Assembly (NCBI GenBank): GCA_053919585.1
Contig: CM132805.1
From: Euprymna scolopes
Lineage: Eukaryota
Length of the DNA: 64,000 nt
Reading direction: 5' to 3' (one strand)
Shown here: positions 13,901-26,900 of the stretch, in pieces
Layout: each line of letters starts with the position of its first letter
Position numbering within the stretch: position 1 is the stretch's first letter
Notes under the pieces: generated by a model
The model's database searches: none
Seen by the model: only the letters and a program-made list of their open reading frames with translations
Told to the model about the DNA's origin: nothing
Made by a program: the position numbers and the translations under genes

Positions 13901-16900
13901 TAGGTGAGACAGAATTCACTGGTCCGAAATAGTTTGATCAGTTTTTGCTGATGGGTTGAAATGAGTTGAAATGGCCTGAACCGGTTTGAACAGGTTTGAA
14001 CCGGTTTGAATCGGTTCGATCCGGTTGGAACCGGTTGGAACCGGTTGGAACCGGTTCGATCCGGTTGAAACCGGTTGGAACCGGTTCAATCTGGTTTAAA
14101 CCGGTTCAATCCGGATTGGACCGGTTTGGACCGGTTCTATCCGGTTTCAACCAGTCTAATCCGGTCTGAACCGGTCTGAACCGGTCCGAACCGGTCCTAG
14201 CCTGATTTAACTGAGGTAGGAGTAAGCATTATATCATATTTCATCTTGTCACTGGCATGATTATTACATACATCGTGTGTTTCATATGCGACAATGTAGG
14301 CTTAGGTGTGCGAAAGCTCCAATTAAGGGTGTCAGCCATTTTCCTAGCATATAAAAACATGGAGGCATCATCTAGTGCGTTTACTTAACTATGTATAGTA
14401 GCGGCCGGTGGGACCCATTTCTTTACAGTTTCAAATTAGGTGAGACAGAATTCACTGGTCCGAAATAGTTTGATCAGTTTTTGCTGATGGGTTGAAATGA
14501 GTTGAAATGGCCTGAACCGGTTTGAACAGGTTTTAACCGGTTTGAACAGGTTCGATCCGGTTGGAACCGGTTGGAACCGGTTGGAACCGGTTCGATCCGG
14601 TTGAAACCGGTTGGAACCGGTTCAATCTGGTTTAAACCGGTTCAATCCGGATTGGACCGGTTTGGACCGGTTCTATCCGGTTTCAACCAGTCTAATCCGG
14701 TCTGAACCGGTCTGAACCGGTCCGAACCGGTCCTAGCCTGATTTAACTGAGGTAGGAGTAAGCATTATATCATATTTCATCTTGTCACTGGCATGATTAT
14801 TACATACATCGTGTGTTTCATATGCGACAATGTAGGCTTAGGTGTGCGAAAGCTCCAATTAAGGGTGTCAGCCATTTTCCTAGCATATAAAAACATGGAG
14901 GCATCATCTAGTGCGTTTACTTAACTATGTATAGTAGCGGCCGGTGGGACCCATTTCTTTACAGTTTCAAATTAGGTGAGACAGAATTCACTGGTCCGAA
15001 ATAGTTTGATCAGTTTTTGCTGATGGGTTGAAATGAGTTGAAATGGCCTGAACCGGTTTGAACAGGTTTGAACCGGTTTGAACCGGTTCGATCCGGTTGG
15101 AACCGGTTGGAACCGGTTGGAACCGGTTCGATCCGGTTGAAACCGGTTGGAACCGGTTCAATCTGGTTTAAACCGGTTCAATCCGGATTGAACCGGTTTG
15201 GACCGGTTTGGACCGGTTCTATCCGGTTTCAACCAGTCTAATCCGGTCTGAACCGGTCTGAACCGGTCCGAACCGGTCCTAGCCTGATTTAACTGAGGTA
15301 GGAGTAAGCATTATATCATATTTCATCTTGTCACTGGCATGATTATTACATACATCGTGTGTTTCATATGCGACAATGTAGGCTTAGGTGTACGAAAGCT
15401 CCAATTAAGGGTGTCAGCCATTTTCCTAGCATATAAAAACATGGAGGCATCATCTAGTGCGTTTACTTAACTATGTATAGTAGCGGCCGGTGGGACCCAT
15501 TTCTTTACAGTTTCAAAGTAGGTGAGACAGAATTCACTGGTCCGAAATAGTTTGATCAGTTTTTGCTGATGGGTTGAAATGAGTTGAAATGGCCTGAACC
15601 GGTTTGAACAGGTTTGAACCGGTTTGAACCGGTTCGATCCGGTTGGAACCGGTTGGAACCGGTTGGAACCGGTTCGATCCGGTTGAAACCGGTTGGAACC
15701 GGTTCAATCTGGTTTAAACCGGTTCAATCCGGATTGAACCGGTTTGGACCGGTTTGGACCGGTTCTATCCGGTTTCAACCAGTCTAATCCGGTCTGAACC
15801 GGTCTGAACCGGTCCGAACCGGTCCTAGCCTGATTTAACTGAGGTAGGAGTAAGCATTATATCATATTTCATCTTGTCACTGGCATGATTATTACATACA
15901 TCGTGTGTTTCATATGCGACAATGTAGGCTTAGGTGTACGAAAGCTCCAATTAAGGGTGTCAGCCATTTTCCTAGCATATAAAAACATGGAGGCATCATC
16001 TAGTGCGTTTACTTAACTATGTATTGTAGCGGCCGGTGGGACCCATTTCTTTACAGTTTCAAAGTAGGTGAGACAGAATTCACTGGTCCGAAATAGTTTG
16101 ATCAGTTTTTGCTGATGGGTTGAAATGAGTTGAAATGGCCTGAACCGGTTTGAACAGGTTTGAACCGGTTTGAACCGGTTCGATCCGGTTGGAACCGGTT
16201 GGAACCGGTTGGAACCGGTTCGATCCGGTTGAAACCGGTTGGAACCGGTTCAATCTGGTTTAAACCGGTTCAATCCGGATTGAACCGGTTTGGACCGGTT
16301 TGGACCGGTTCTATCCGGTTTCAACCAGTCTAATCCGGTCTGAACCGGTCTGAACCGGTCCGAACCGGTCCTAGACTGATTTAACTGAGGTAGGAGTAAG
16401 CATTATATCATATTTCATCTTGTCACTGGCATGATTATTACATACATCGTGTGTTTCATATGCGACAATGTAGGCTTAGGTGTACGAAAGCTCCAATTAA
16501 GGGTGTCAGCCATTTTCCTAGCATATAAAAACATGGAGGCATCATCTAGTGCGTTTACTTAACTATGTATAGTAGCGGCCGGTGGGACCCATTTCTTTAC
16601 AGTTTCAAAGTAGGTGAGACAGAATTCACTGGTCCGAAATAGTTTGATCAGTTTTTGCTGATGGGTTGAAATGAGTTGAAATGGCCTGAACCGGTTTGAA
16701 CAGGTTTGAACCGGTTTGAATCGGTTCGATCCGGTTGGAACCGGTTGGAACCGGTTGGAACCGGTTCGATCCGGTTGAAACCGGTTGGAACCGGTTCAAT
16801 CTGGTTTAAACCGGTTCAATCCGGATTGGACCGGTTTGGACCGGTTCTATCCGGTTTCAACCAGTCTAATCCGGTCTGAACCGGTCTGAACCGGTCCGAA

Positions 16901-17948
16901 CCGGTCCTAGCCTGATTTAACTGAGGTAGGAGTAAGCATTATATCATATTTCATCTTGTCACTGGCATGATTATTACATACATCGTGTGTTTCATATGCG
17001 ACAATGTAGGCTTAGGTGTGCGAAAGCTCCAATTAAGGGTGTCAGCCATTTTCCTAGCATATAAAAACATGGAGGCATCATCTAGTGCGTTTACTTAACT
17101 ATGTATAGTAGCGGCCGGTGGGACCCATTTCTTTACAGTTTCAAATTAGGTGAGACAGAATTCACTGGTCCGAAATAGTTTGATCAGTTTTTGCTGATGG
17201 GTTGAAATGAGTTGAAATGGCCTGAACCGGTTTGAACAGGTTTGAACCGGTTTGAACCGGTTCGATCCGGTTGGAACCGGTTGGAACCGGTTGGAACCGG
17301 TTCGATCCGGTTGAAACCGGTTGGAACCGGTTCAATCTGGTTTAAACCGGTTCAATCCGGATTGGACCGGTTTGGACCGGTTCTATCCGGTTTCAACCAG
17401 TCTAATCCGGTCTGAACCGGTCTGAACCGGTCCGAACCGGTCCTAGCCTGATTTAACTGAGGTAGGAGTAAGCATTATATCATATTTCATCTTGTCACTG
17501 GCATGATTATTACATACATCGTGTGTTTCATATGCGACAATGTAGGCTTAGGTGTGCGAAAGCTCCAATTAAGGGTGTCAGCCATTTTCCTAGCATATAA
17601 AAACATGGAGGCATCATCTAGTGCGTTTACTTAACTATGTATAGTAGCGGCCGGTGGGACCCATTTCTTTACAGTTTCAAATTAGGTGAGACAGAATTCA
17701 CTGGTCCGAAATAGTTTGATCAGTTTTTGCTGATGGGTTGAAATGAGTTGAAATGGCCTGAACCGGTTTGAACAGGTTTGAACCGGTTTGAACCGGTTCG
17801 ATCCGGTTGAAACCGGTTGGAACCGGTTCAATCTGGTTTAAACCGGTTCAATCCGGATTGAACCGGTTTGGACCGGTTTGGACCGGTTCTATCCGGTTTC
17901 AACCAGTCTAATCCGGTCTGAACCGGTCTGAACCGGTCCGAACCGGTC
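4985..17948. repeat. Two copies of a 12-monomer (6,502-bp) higher-order repeat, each built as 2+5+5 monomers
   Basis: Diagnostic variants recur at a 6,502-bp offset: CTAGAC at 9869/16371, the GAATCGG monomers starting at 7159/13661, and the TTTTAACC monomers at 4985/11487 and 7695/14197. The internal 5-mer has a 2,710-bp offset (6067/8777, 7159/9869). Confidence 0.9.
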
Positions 17949-20900
17949 CTAGCCTGATTTAACTGAGGTAGGAGTAAGCATTATATCATATTTCATCTTG
18001 TCACTGGCATGATTATTACATACATCGTGTGTTTCATATGCGACAATGTAGGCTTAGGTGTACGAAAGCTCCAATTAAGGGTGTCAGCCATTTTCCTAGC
18101 ATATAAAAACATGGAGGCATCATCTAGTGCGTTTACTTAACTATGTATAGTAGCGGCCGGTGGGACCCATTTCTTTACAGTTTCAAAGTAGGTGAGACAG
18201 AATTCACTGGTCCGAAATAGTTTGATCAGTTTTTGCTGATGGGTTGAAATGAGTTGAAATGGCCTGAACCGGTTTGAACAGGTTTGAACCGGTTTGAACC
18301 GGTTCGATCCGGTTGGAACCGGTTGGAACCGGTTGGAACCGGTTCAATCCGGATTGAACCGGTTTGGACCGGTTTGGACCGGTTCTATCCGGTTTCAACC
18401 AGTCTAATCCGGTCTGAACCGGTCTGAACCGGTCCGAACCGGTCCTAGACTGATTTAACTGAGGTAGGAGTAAGCATTATATCATATTTCATCTTGTCAC
18501 TGGCATGATTATTACATACATCGTGTGTTTCATATGCGACAATGTAGGCTTAGGTGTACGAAAGCTCCAATTAAGGGTGTCAGCCATTTTCCTAGCATAT
18601 AAAAACATGGAGGCATCATCTAGTGCGTTTACTTAACTATGTATAGTAGCGGCCGGTGGGACCCATTTCTTTACAGTTTCAAAGTAGGTGAGACAGAATT
18701 CACTGGTCCGAAATAGTTTGATCAGTTTTTGCTGATGGGTTGAAATGAGTTGAAATGGCCTGAACCGGTTTGAACAGGTTTGAACCGGTTTGAATCGGTT
18801 CGATCCGGTTGGAACCGGTTGGAACCGGTTGGAACCGGTTCGATCCGGTTGAAACCGGTTGGAACCGGTTCAATCTGGTTTAAACCGGTTCAATCCGGAT
18901 TGGACCGGTTTGGACCGGTTCTATCCGGTTTCAACCAGTCTAATCCGGTCTGAACCGGTCTGAACCGGTCCGAACCGGTCCTAGCCTGATTTAACTGAGG
19001 TAGGAGTAAGCATTATATCATATTTCATCTTGTCACTGGCATGATTATTACATACATCGTGTGTTTCATATGCGACAATGTAGGCTTAGGTGTGCGAAAG
19101 CTCCAATTAAGGGTGTCAGCCATTTTCCTAGCATATAAAAACATGGAGGCATCATCTAGTGCGTTTACTTAACTATGTATAGTAGCGGCCGGTGGGACCC
19201 ATTTCTTTACAGTTTCAAATTAGGTGAGACAGAATTCACTGGTCCGAAATAGTTTGATCAGTTTTTGCTGATGGGTTGAAATGAGTTGAAATGGCCTGAA
19301 CCGGTTTGAACAGGTTTGAACCGGTTTGAACCGGTTCGATCCGGTTGGAACCGGTTGGAACCGGTTGGAACCGGTTCGATCCGGTTGAAACCGGTTGGAA
19401 CCGGTTCAATCTGGTTTAAACCGGTTCAATCCGGATTGGACCGGTTTGGACCGGTTCTATCCGGTTTCAACCAGTCTAATCCGGTCTGAACCGGTCTGAA
19501 CCGGTCCGAACACGTCCTAGCCTGATTTAACTGAGGTAGGAGTAAGCATTATATCATATTTCATCTTGTCACTGGCATGATTATTACATACATCGTGTGT
19601 TTCATATGCGACAATGTAGGCTTAGGTGTGCGAAAGCTCCAATTAAGGGTGTCAGCCATTTTCCTAGCATATAAAAACATGGAGGCATCATCTAGTGCGT
19701 TTACTTAACTATGTATAGTAGCGGCCGGTGGGACCCATTTCTTTACAGTTTCAAATTAGGTGAGACAGAATTCACTGGTCCGAAATAGTTTGATCAGTTT
19801 TTGCTGATGGGTTGAAATGAGTTGAAATGGCCTGAACCGGTTTGAACAGGTTTGAACCGGTTTGAACCGGTTCGATCCGGTTGAAACCGGTTGGAACCGG
19901 TTCAATCTGGTTTAAACCGGTTCAATCCGGATTGAACCGGTTTGGACCGGTTTGGACCGGTTCTATCCGGTTTCAACCAGTCTAATCCGGTCTGAACCGG
20001 TCTGAACCGGTCCGAACCGGTCCTAGCCTGATTTAACTGAGGTAGGAGTAAGCATTATATCATATTTCATCTTGTCACTGGCATGATTATTACATACATC
20101 GTGTGTTTCATATGCGACAATGTAGGCTTAGGTGTACGAAAGCTCCAATTAAGGGTGTCAGCCATTTTCCTAGCATATAAAAACATGGAGGCATCATCTA
20201 GTGCGTTTACTTAACTATGTATAGTAGCGGCCGGTGGGACCCATTTCTTTACAGTTTCAAAGTAGGTGAGACAGAATTCACTGGTCCGAAATAGTTTGAT
20301 CAGTTTTTGCTGATGGGTTGAAATGAGTTGAAATGGCCTGAACCGGTTTGAACAGGTTTGAACCGGTTTGAACCGGTTCGATCCGGTTGGAACCGGTTGG
20401 AACCGGTTGGAACCGGTTCGATCCGGTTGAAACCGGTTGGAACCGGTTCAATCTGGTTTAAACCGGTTCAATCCGGATTGAACCGGTTTGGACCGGTTTG
20501 GACCGGTTCTATCCGGTTTCAACCAGTCTAATCCGGTCTGAACCGGTCTGAACCGGTCCGAACCGGTCCTAGCCTGATTTAACTGAGGTAGGAGTAAGCA
20601 TTATATCATATTTCATCTTGTCACTGGCATGATTATTACATACATCGTGTGTTTCATATGCGACAATGTAGGCTTAGGTGTACGAAAGCTCCAATTAAGG
20701 GTGTCAGCCATTTTCCTAGCATATAAAAACATGGAGGCATCATCTAGTGCGTTTACTTAACTATGTATAGTAGCGGCCGGTGGGACCCATTTCTTTACAG
20801 TTTCAAAGTAGGTGAGACAGAATTCACTGGTCCGAAATAGTTTGATCAGTTTTTGCTGATGGGTTGAAATGAGTTGAAATGGCCTGAACCGGTTTGAACA

Positions 20901-23900
20901 GGTTTGAACCGGTTTGAACCGGTTCGATCCGGTTGGAACCGGTTGGAACCGGTTGGAACCGGTTCGATCCGGTTGAAACCGGTTGGAACCGGTTCAATCT
21001 GGTTTAAACCGGTTCAATCCGGATTGGACCGGTTTGGACCGGTTCTATCCGGTTTCAACCAGTCTAATCCGGTCTGAACCGGTCTGAACCGGTCCGAACC
21101 GGTCCTAGCCTGATTTAACTGAGGTAGGAGTAAGCATTATATCATATTTCATCTTGTCACTGGCATGATTATTACATACATCGTGTGTTTCATATGCGAC
21201 AATGTAGGCTTAGGTGTGCGAAAGCTCCAATTAAGGGTGTCAGCCATTTTCCTAGCATATAAAAACATGGAGGCATCATCTAGTGCGTTTACTTAACTAT
21301 GTATAGTAGCGGCCGGTGGGACCCATTTCTTTACAGTTTCAAATTAGGTGAGACAGAATTCACTGGTCCGAAATAGTTTGATCAGTTTTTGCTGATGGGT
21401 TGAAATGAGTTGAAATGGCCTGAACCGGTTTGAACAGGTTTGAACCGGTTTGAACCGGTTCGATCCGGTTGGAACCGGTTGGAACCGGTTCAATCTGGTT
21501 TAAACCGGTTCAATCCGGATTGAACCGGTTTGGACCGGTTTGGACCGGTTCTATCCGGTTTCAACCAGTCTAATCCGGTCTGAACCGGTCTGAACCGGTC
21601 CGAACCGGTCCTAGCCTGATTTAACTGAGGTAGGAGTAAGCATTATATCATATTTCATCTTGTCACTGGCATGATTATTACATACATCGTGTGTTTCATA
21701 TGCGACAATGTAGGCTTAGGTGTACGAAAGCTCCAATTAAGGGTGTCAGCCATTTTCCTAGCATATAAAAACATGGAGGCATCATCTAGTGCGTTTACTT
21801 AACTATGTATAGTAGCGGCCGGTGGGACCCATTTCTTTACAGTTTCAAAGTAGGTGAGACAGAATTCACTGGTCCGAAATAGTTTGATCAGTTTTTGCTG
21901 ATGGGTTGAAATGAGTTGAAATGGCCTGAACCGGTTTGAACAGGTTTGAACCGGTTTGAACCGGTTCGATCCGGTTGGAACCGGTTGGAACCGGTTGGAA
22001 CCGGTTCGATCCGGTTGAAACCGGTTGGAACCGGTTCAATCTGGTTTAAACCGGTTCAATCCGGATTGGACCGGTTTGGACCGGTTCTATCCGGTTTCAA
22101 CCAGTCTAATCCGGTCTGAACCGGTCTGAACCGGTCCGAACCGGTCCTAGCTTGATTTAACTGAGGTAGGAGTAAGCATTATATCATATTTCATCTTGTC
22201 ACTGGCATGATTATTACATACATCGTGTGTTTCATATGCGACAATGTAGGCTTAGGTGTGCGAAAGCTCCAATTAAGGGTGTCAGCCATTTTCCTAGCAT
22301 ATAAAAACATGGAGGCATCATCTAGTGCGTTTACTTAACTATGTATAGTAGCGGCCGGTGGGACCCATTTCTTTACAGTTTCAAAGTAGGTGAGACAGAA
22401 TTCACTGGTCCGAAATAGTTTGATCAGTTTTTGCTGATGGGTTGAAATGAGTTGAAATGGCCTGAACCGGTTTGAACAGGTTTGAACCGGTTTGAACCGG
22501 TTCGATCCGGTTGGAACCGGTTGGAACCGGTTTGAACCGGTTCGATCCGGTTGAAACCGGTTGGAACCGGTTCAATCTGGTTTAAACCGGTTCAATCCGG
22601 ATTGAACCGGTTTGGACCGGTTTGGACCGGTTCTATCCGGTTTCAACCAGTCTAATCCGGTCTGAACCGGTCTGAACCGGTCCGAACCGGTCCTAGCCTG
22701 ATTTAACTGAGGTAGGAGTAAGCATTATATCATATTTCATCTTGTCACTGGCATGATTATTACATACATCGTGTGTTTCATATGCGACAATGTAGGCTTA
22801 GGTGTGCGAAAGCTCCAATTAAGGGTGTCAGCCATTTTCCTAGCATATAAAAACATGGAGGCATCATCTAGTGCGTTTACTTAACTATGTATAGTAGCGG
22901 CCGGTGGGACCCATTTCTTTACAGTTTCAAAGTAGGTGAGACAGAATTCACTGGTCCGAAATAGTTTGATCAGTTTTTGCTGATGGGTTGAAATGAGTTG
23001 AAATGGCCTGAACCGGTTTGAACAGGTTTGAACCGGTTTGAACCTGTTCGATCCGGTTGGAACCGGTTGGAACCGGTTGGAACCGGTTCGATCCGGTTGA
23101 AACCGGTTGGAACCGGTTCAATCTGGTTTAAACCGGTTCAATCCGGATTGAACCGGTTTGGACCGGTTTGGACCGGTTCTATCCGGTTTCAACCAGTCTA
23201 ATCCGGTCTGAACCGGTCTGAACCGGTCCGAACTGGTCCTAGCCTGATTTAACTGAGGTAGGAGTAAGCATTATATCATATTTCATCTTGTCACTGGCAT
23301 GATTATTACATACATCGTGTGTTTCATATGCGACAATGTAGGCTTAGGTGTGCGAAAGCTCCAATTAAGGGTGTCAGCCATTTTCCTAGCATATAAAAAC
23401 ATGGAGGCATCATCTAGTGCGTTTACTTAACTATGTATAGTAGCGGCCGGTGGGACCCATTTCTTTACAGTTTCAAATTAGGTGAGACAGAATTCACTGG
23501 TCCGAAATAGTTTGATCAGTTTTTGCTGATGGGTTGAAATGAGTTGAAATGGCCTGAACCGGTTTGAACAGGTTTGAACCGGTTTGAACCGGTTCGATCC
23601 GGTTGGAACCGGTTGGAACCGGTTGGAACCGGTTCGATCCGGTTGAAACCGGTTGGAACCGGTTCAATCTGGTTTAAACCGGTTCAATCCGGATTGAACC
23701 GGTTTGGACCGGTTTGGACCGGTTCTATCCGGTTTCAACCAGTCTAATCCGGTCTGAACCGGTCTGAACCGGTCCGAACCGGTCCTAGCCTGATTTAACT
23801 GAGGTAGGAGTAAGCATTATATCATATTTCATCTTGTCACTGGCATGATTATTACATACATCGTGTGTTTCATATGCGACAATATAGGCTTAGGTGTACG

Positions 23901-26900
23901 AAAGCTCCAATTAAGGGTGTCAGCCATTTTCCTAGCATATAAAAACATGGAGGCATCATCTAGTGCGTTTACTTAACTATGTATAGTAGCGGCCGGTGGG
24001 ACCCATTTCTTTACAGTTTCAAAGTAGGTGAGACAGAATTCACTGGTCCGAAATAGTTTGATCAGTTTTTGCTGATGGGTTGAAATGAGTTGAAATGGCC
24101 TGAACCGGTTTGAACAGGTTTTAACCGGTTTGAACCGGTTCGATCCGGTTGGAACCGGTTGGAACCGGTTGGAACCGGTTCGATCCGGTTGAAACCGGTT
24201 GGAACCGGTTCAATCTGGTTTAAACCGGTTCAATCCGGATTGGACCGGTTTGGACCGGTTCTATCCGGTTTCAACCAGTCTAATCCGGTCTGAACCGGTC
24301 TGAACCGGTCCGAACCGGTCCTAGCCTGATTTAACTGAGGTAGGAGTAAGCATTATATCATATTTCATCTTGTCACTGGCATGATTATTACATACATCGT
24401 GTGTTTCATATGCGACAATGTAGGCTTAGGTGTGCGAAAGCTCCAATTAAGGGTGTCAGCCATTTTCCTAGCATATAAAAACATGGAGGCATCATCTAGT
24501 GCGTTTACTTAACTATGTATAGTAGCGGCCGGTGGGACCCATTTCTTTACAGTTTCAAATTAGGTGAGACAGAATTCACTGGTCCGAAATAGTTTGATCA
24601 GTTTTTGCTGATGGGTTGAAATGAGTTGAAATGGCCTGAACCGGTTTGAACAGGTTTGAACCGGTTTGAACCGGTTCGATCCGGTTGGAACCGGTTGGAA
24701 CCGGTTGGAACCGGTTCGATCCGGTTGAAACCGGTTGGAACCGGTTCAATCTGGTTTAAACCGGTTCAATCCGGATTGAACCGGTTTGGACCGGTTTGGA
24801 CCGGTTCTATCCGGTTTCAACCAGTCTAATCCGGTCTGAACCGGTCTGAACCGGTCCGAACCGGTCCTAGCCTGATTTAACTGAGGTAGGAGTAAGCATT
24901 ATATCATATTTCATCTTGTCACTGGCATGATTATTACATACATCGTGTGTTTCATATGCGACAATGTAGGCTTAGGTGTACGAAAGCTCCAATTAAGGGT
25001 GTCAGCCATTTTCCTAGCATATAAAAACATGGAGGCATCATCTAGTGCGTTTACTTAACTATGTATAGTAGCGGCCGGTGGGACCCATTTCTTTACAGTT
25101 TCAAAGTAGGTGAGACAGAATTCACTGGTCCGAAATAGTTTGATCAGTTTTTGCTGATGGGTTGAAATGAGTTGAAATGGCCTGAACCGGTTTGAACAGG
25201 TTTGAACCGGTTTGAACCGGTTCGATCCGGTTGGAACCGGTTGGAACCGGTTGGAACCGGTTCGATCCGGTTGAAACCGGTTGGAACCGGTTCAATCTGG
25301 TTTAAACCGGTTCAATCCGGATTGAACCGGTTTGGACCGGTTTGGACCGGTTCTATCCGGTTTCAACCAGTCTAATCCGGTCTGAACCGGTCTGAACCGG
25401 TCCGAACCGGTCCTAGCCTGATTTAACTGAGGTAGGAGTAAGCATTATATCATATTTCATCTTGTCACTGGCATGATTATTACATACATCGTGTGTTTCA
25501 TATGCGACAATGTAGGCTTAGGTGTGCGAAAGCTCCAATTAAGGGTGTCAGCCATTTTCCTAGCATATAAAAACATGGAGGCATCATCTAGTGCGTTTAC
25601 TTAACTATGTATAGTAGCGGCCGGTGGGACCCATTTCTTTACAGTTTCAAAGTAGGTGAGACAGAATTCACTGGTCCGAAATAGTTTGATCAGTTTTTGC
25701 TGATGGGTTGAAATGAGTTGAAATGGCCTGAACCGGTTTGAACAGGTTTGAACCGGTTTGAACCGGTTCGATCCGGTTGGAACCGGTTGGAACCGGTTGG
25801 AACCGGTTCGATCCGGTTGAAACCGGTTGGAACCGGTTCAATCTGGTTTAAACCGGTTCAATCCGGATTGAACCGGTTTGGACCGGTTTGGACCGGTTCT
25901 ATCCGGTTTCAACCAGTCTAATCCGGTCTGAACCGGTCTGAACCGGTCCGAACCGGTCCTAGCCTGATTTAACTGAGGTAGGAGTAAGCATTATATCATA
26001 TTTCATCTTGTCACTGGCATGATTATTACATACATCGTGTGTTTCATATGCGACAATGTAGGCTTAGGTGTACGAAAGCTCCAATTAAGGGTGTCAGCCA
26101 TTTTCCTAGCATATAAAAACATGGAGGCATCATCTAGTGCGTTTACTTAACTATGGGACCCATTTCTTTACAGTTTCAAAGTAGGTGAGACAGAATTCAC
26201 TGGTCCGAAATAGTTTGATCAGTTTTTGCTGATGGGTTGAAATGAGTTGAAATGGCCTGAACCGGTTTGAACAGGTTTGAACCGGTTTGAATCGGTTCGA
26301 TCCGGTTGGAACCGGTTGGAACCGGTTGGAACCGGTTCGATCCGGTTGAAACCGGTTGGAACCGGTTCAATCTGGTTTAAACCGGTTCAATCCGGTTTGG
26401 ACCGGTTTGGACCGGTTCTATCCGGTTTCAACCAGTCTAATCCGGTCTGAACCGGTCTGAACCGGTCCGAACCGGTCCTAGCCTGATTTAACTGAGGTAG
26501 GAGTAAGCATTATATCATATTTCATCTTGTCACTGGCATGATTATTACATACATCGTGTGTTTCATATGCGACAATGTAGGCTTAGGTGTGCGAAAGCTC
26601 CAATTAAGGGTGTCAGCCATTTTCCTAGCATATAAAAACATGGAGGCATCATCTAGTGCGTTTACTTAACTATGTATAGTAGCGGCCGGTGGGACCCATT
26701 TCTTTACAGTTTCAAAGTAGGTGAGACAGAATTCACTGGTCCGAAATAGTTTGATCAGTTTTTGCTGATGGGTTGAAATGAGTTGAAATGGCCTGAACCG
26801 GTTTGAACAGGTTTGAACCGGTTTGAACCGGTTCGATCCGGTTGGAACCGGTTGGAACCGGTTGGAACCGGTTCGATCCGGTTGAAACCGGTTGGAACCG

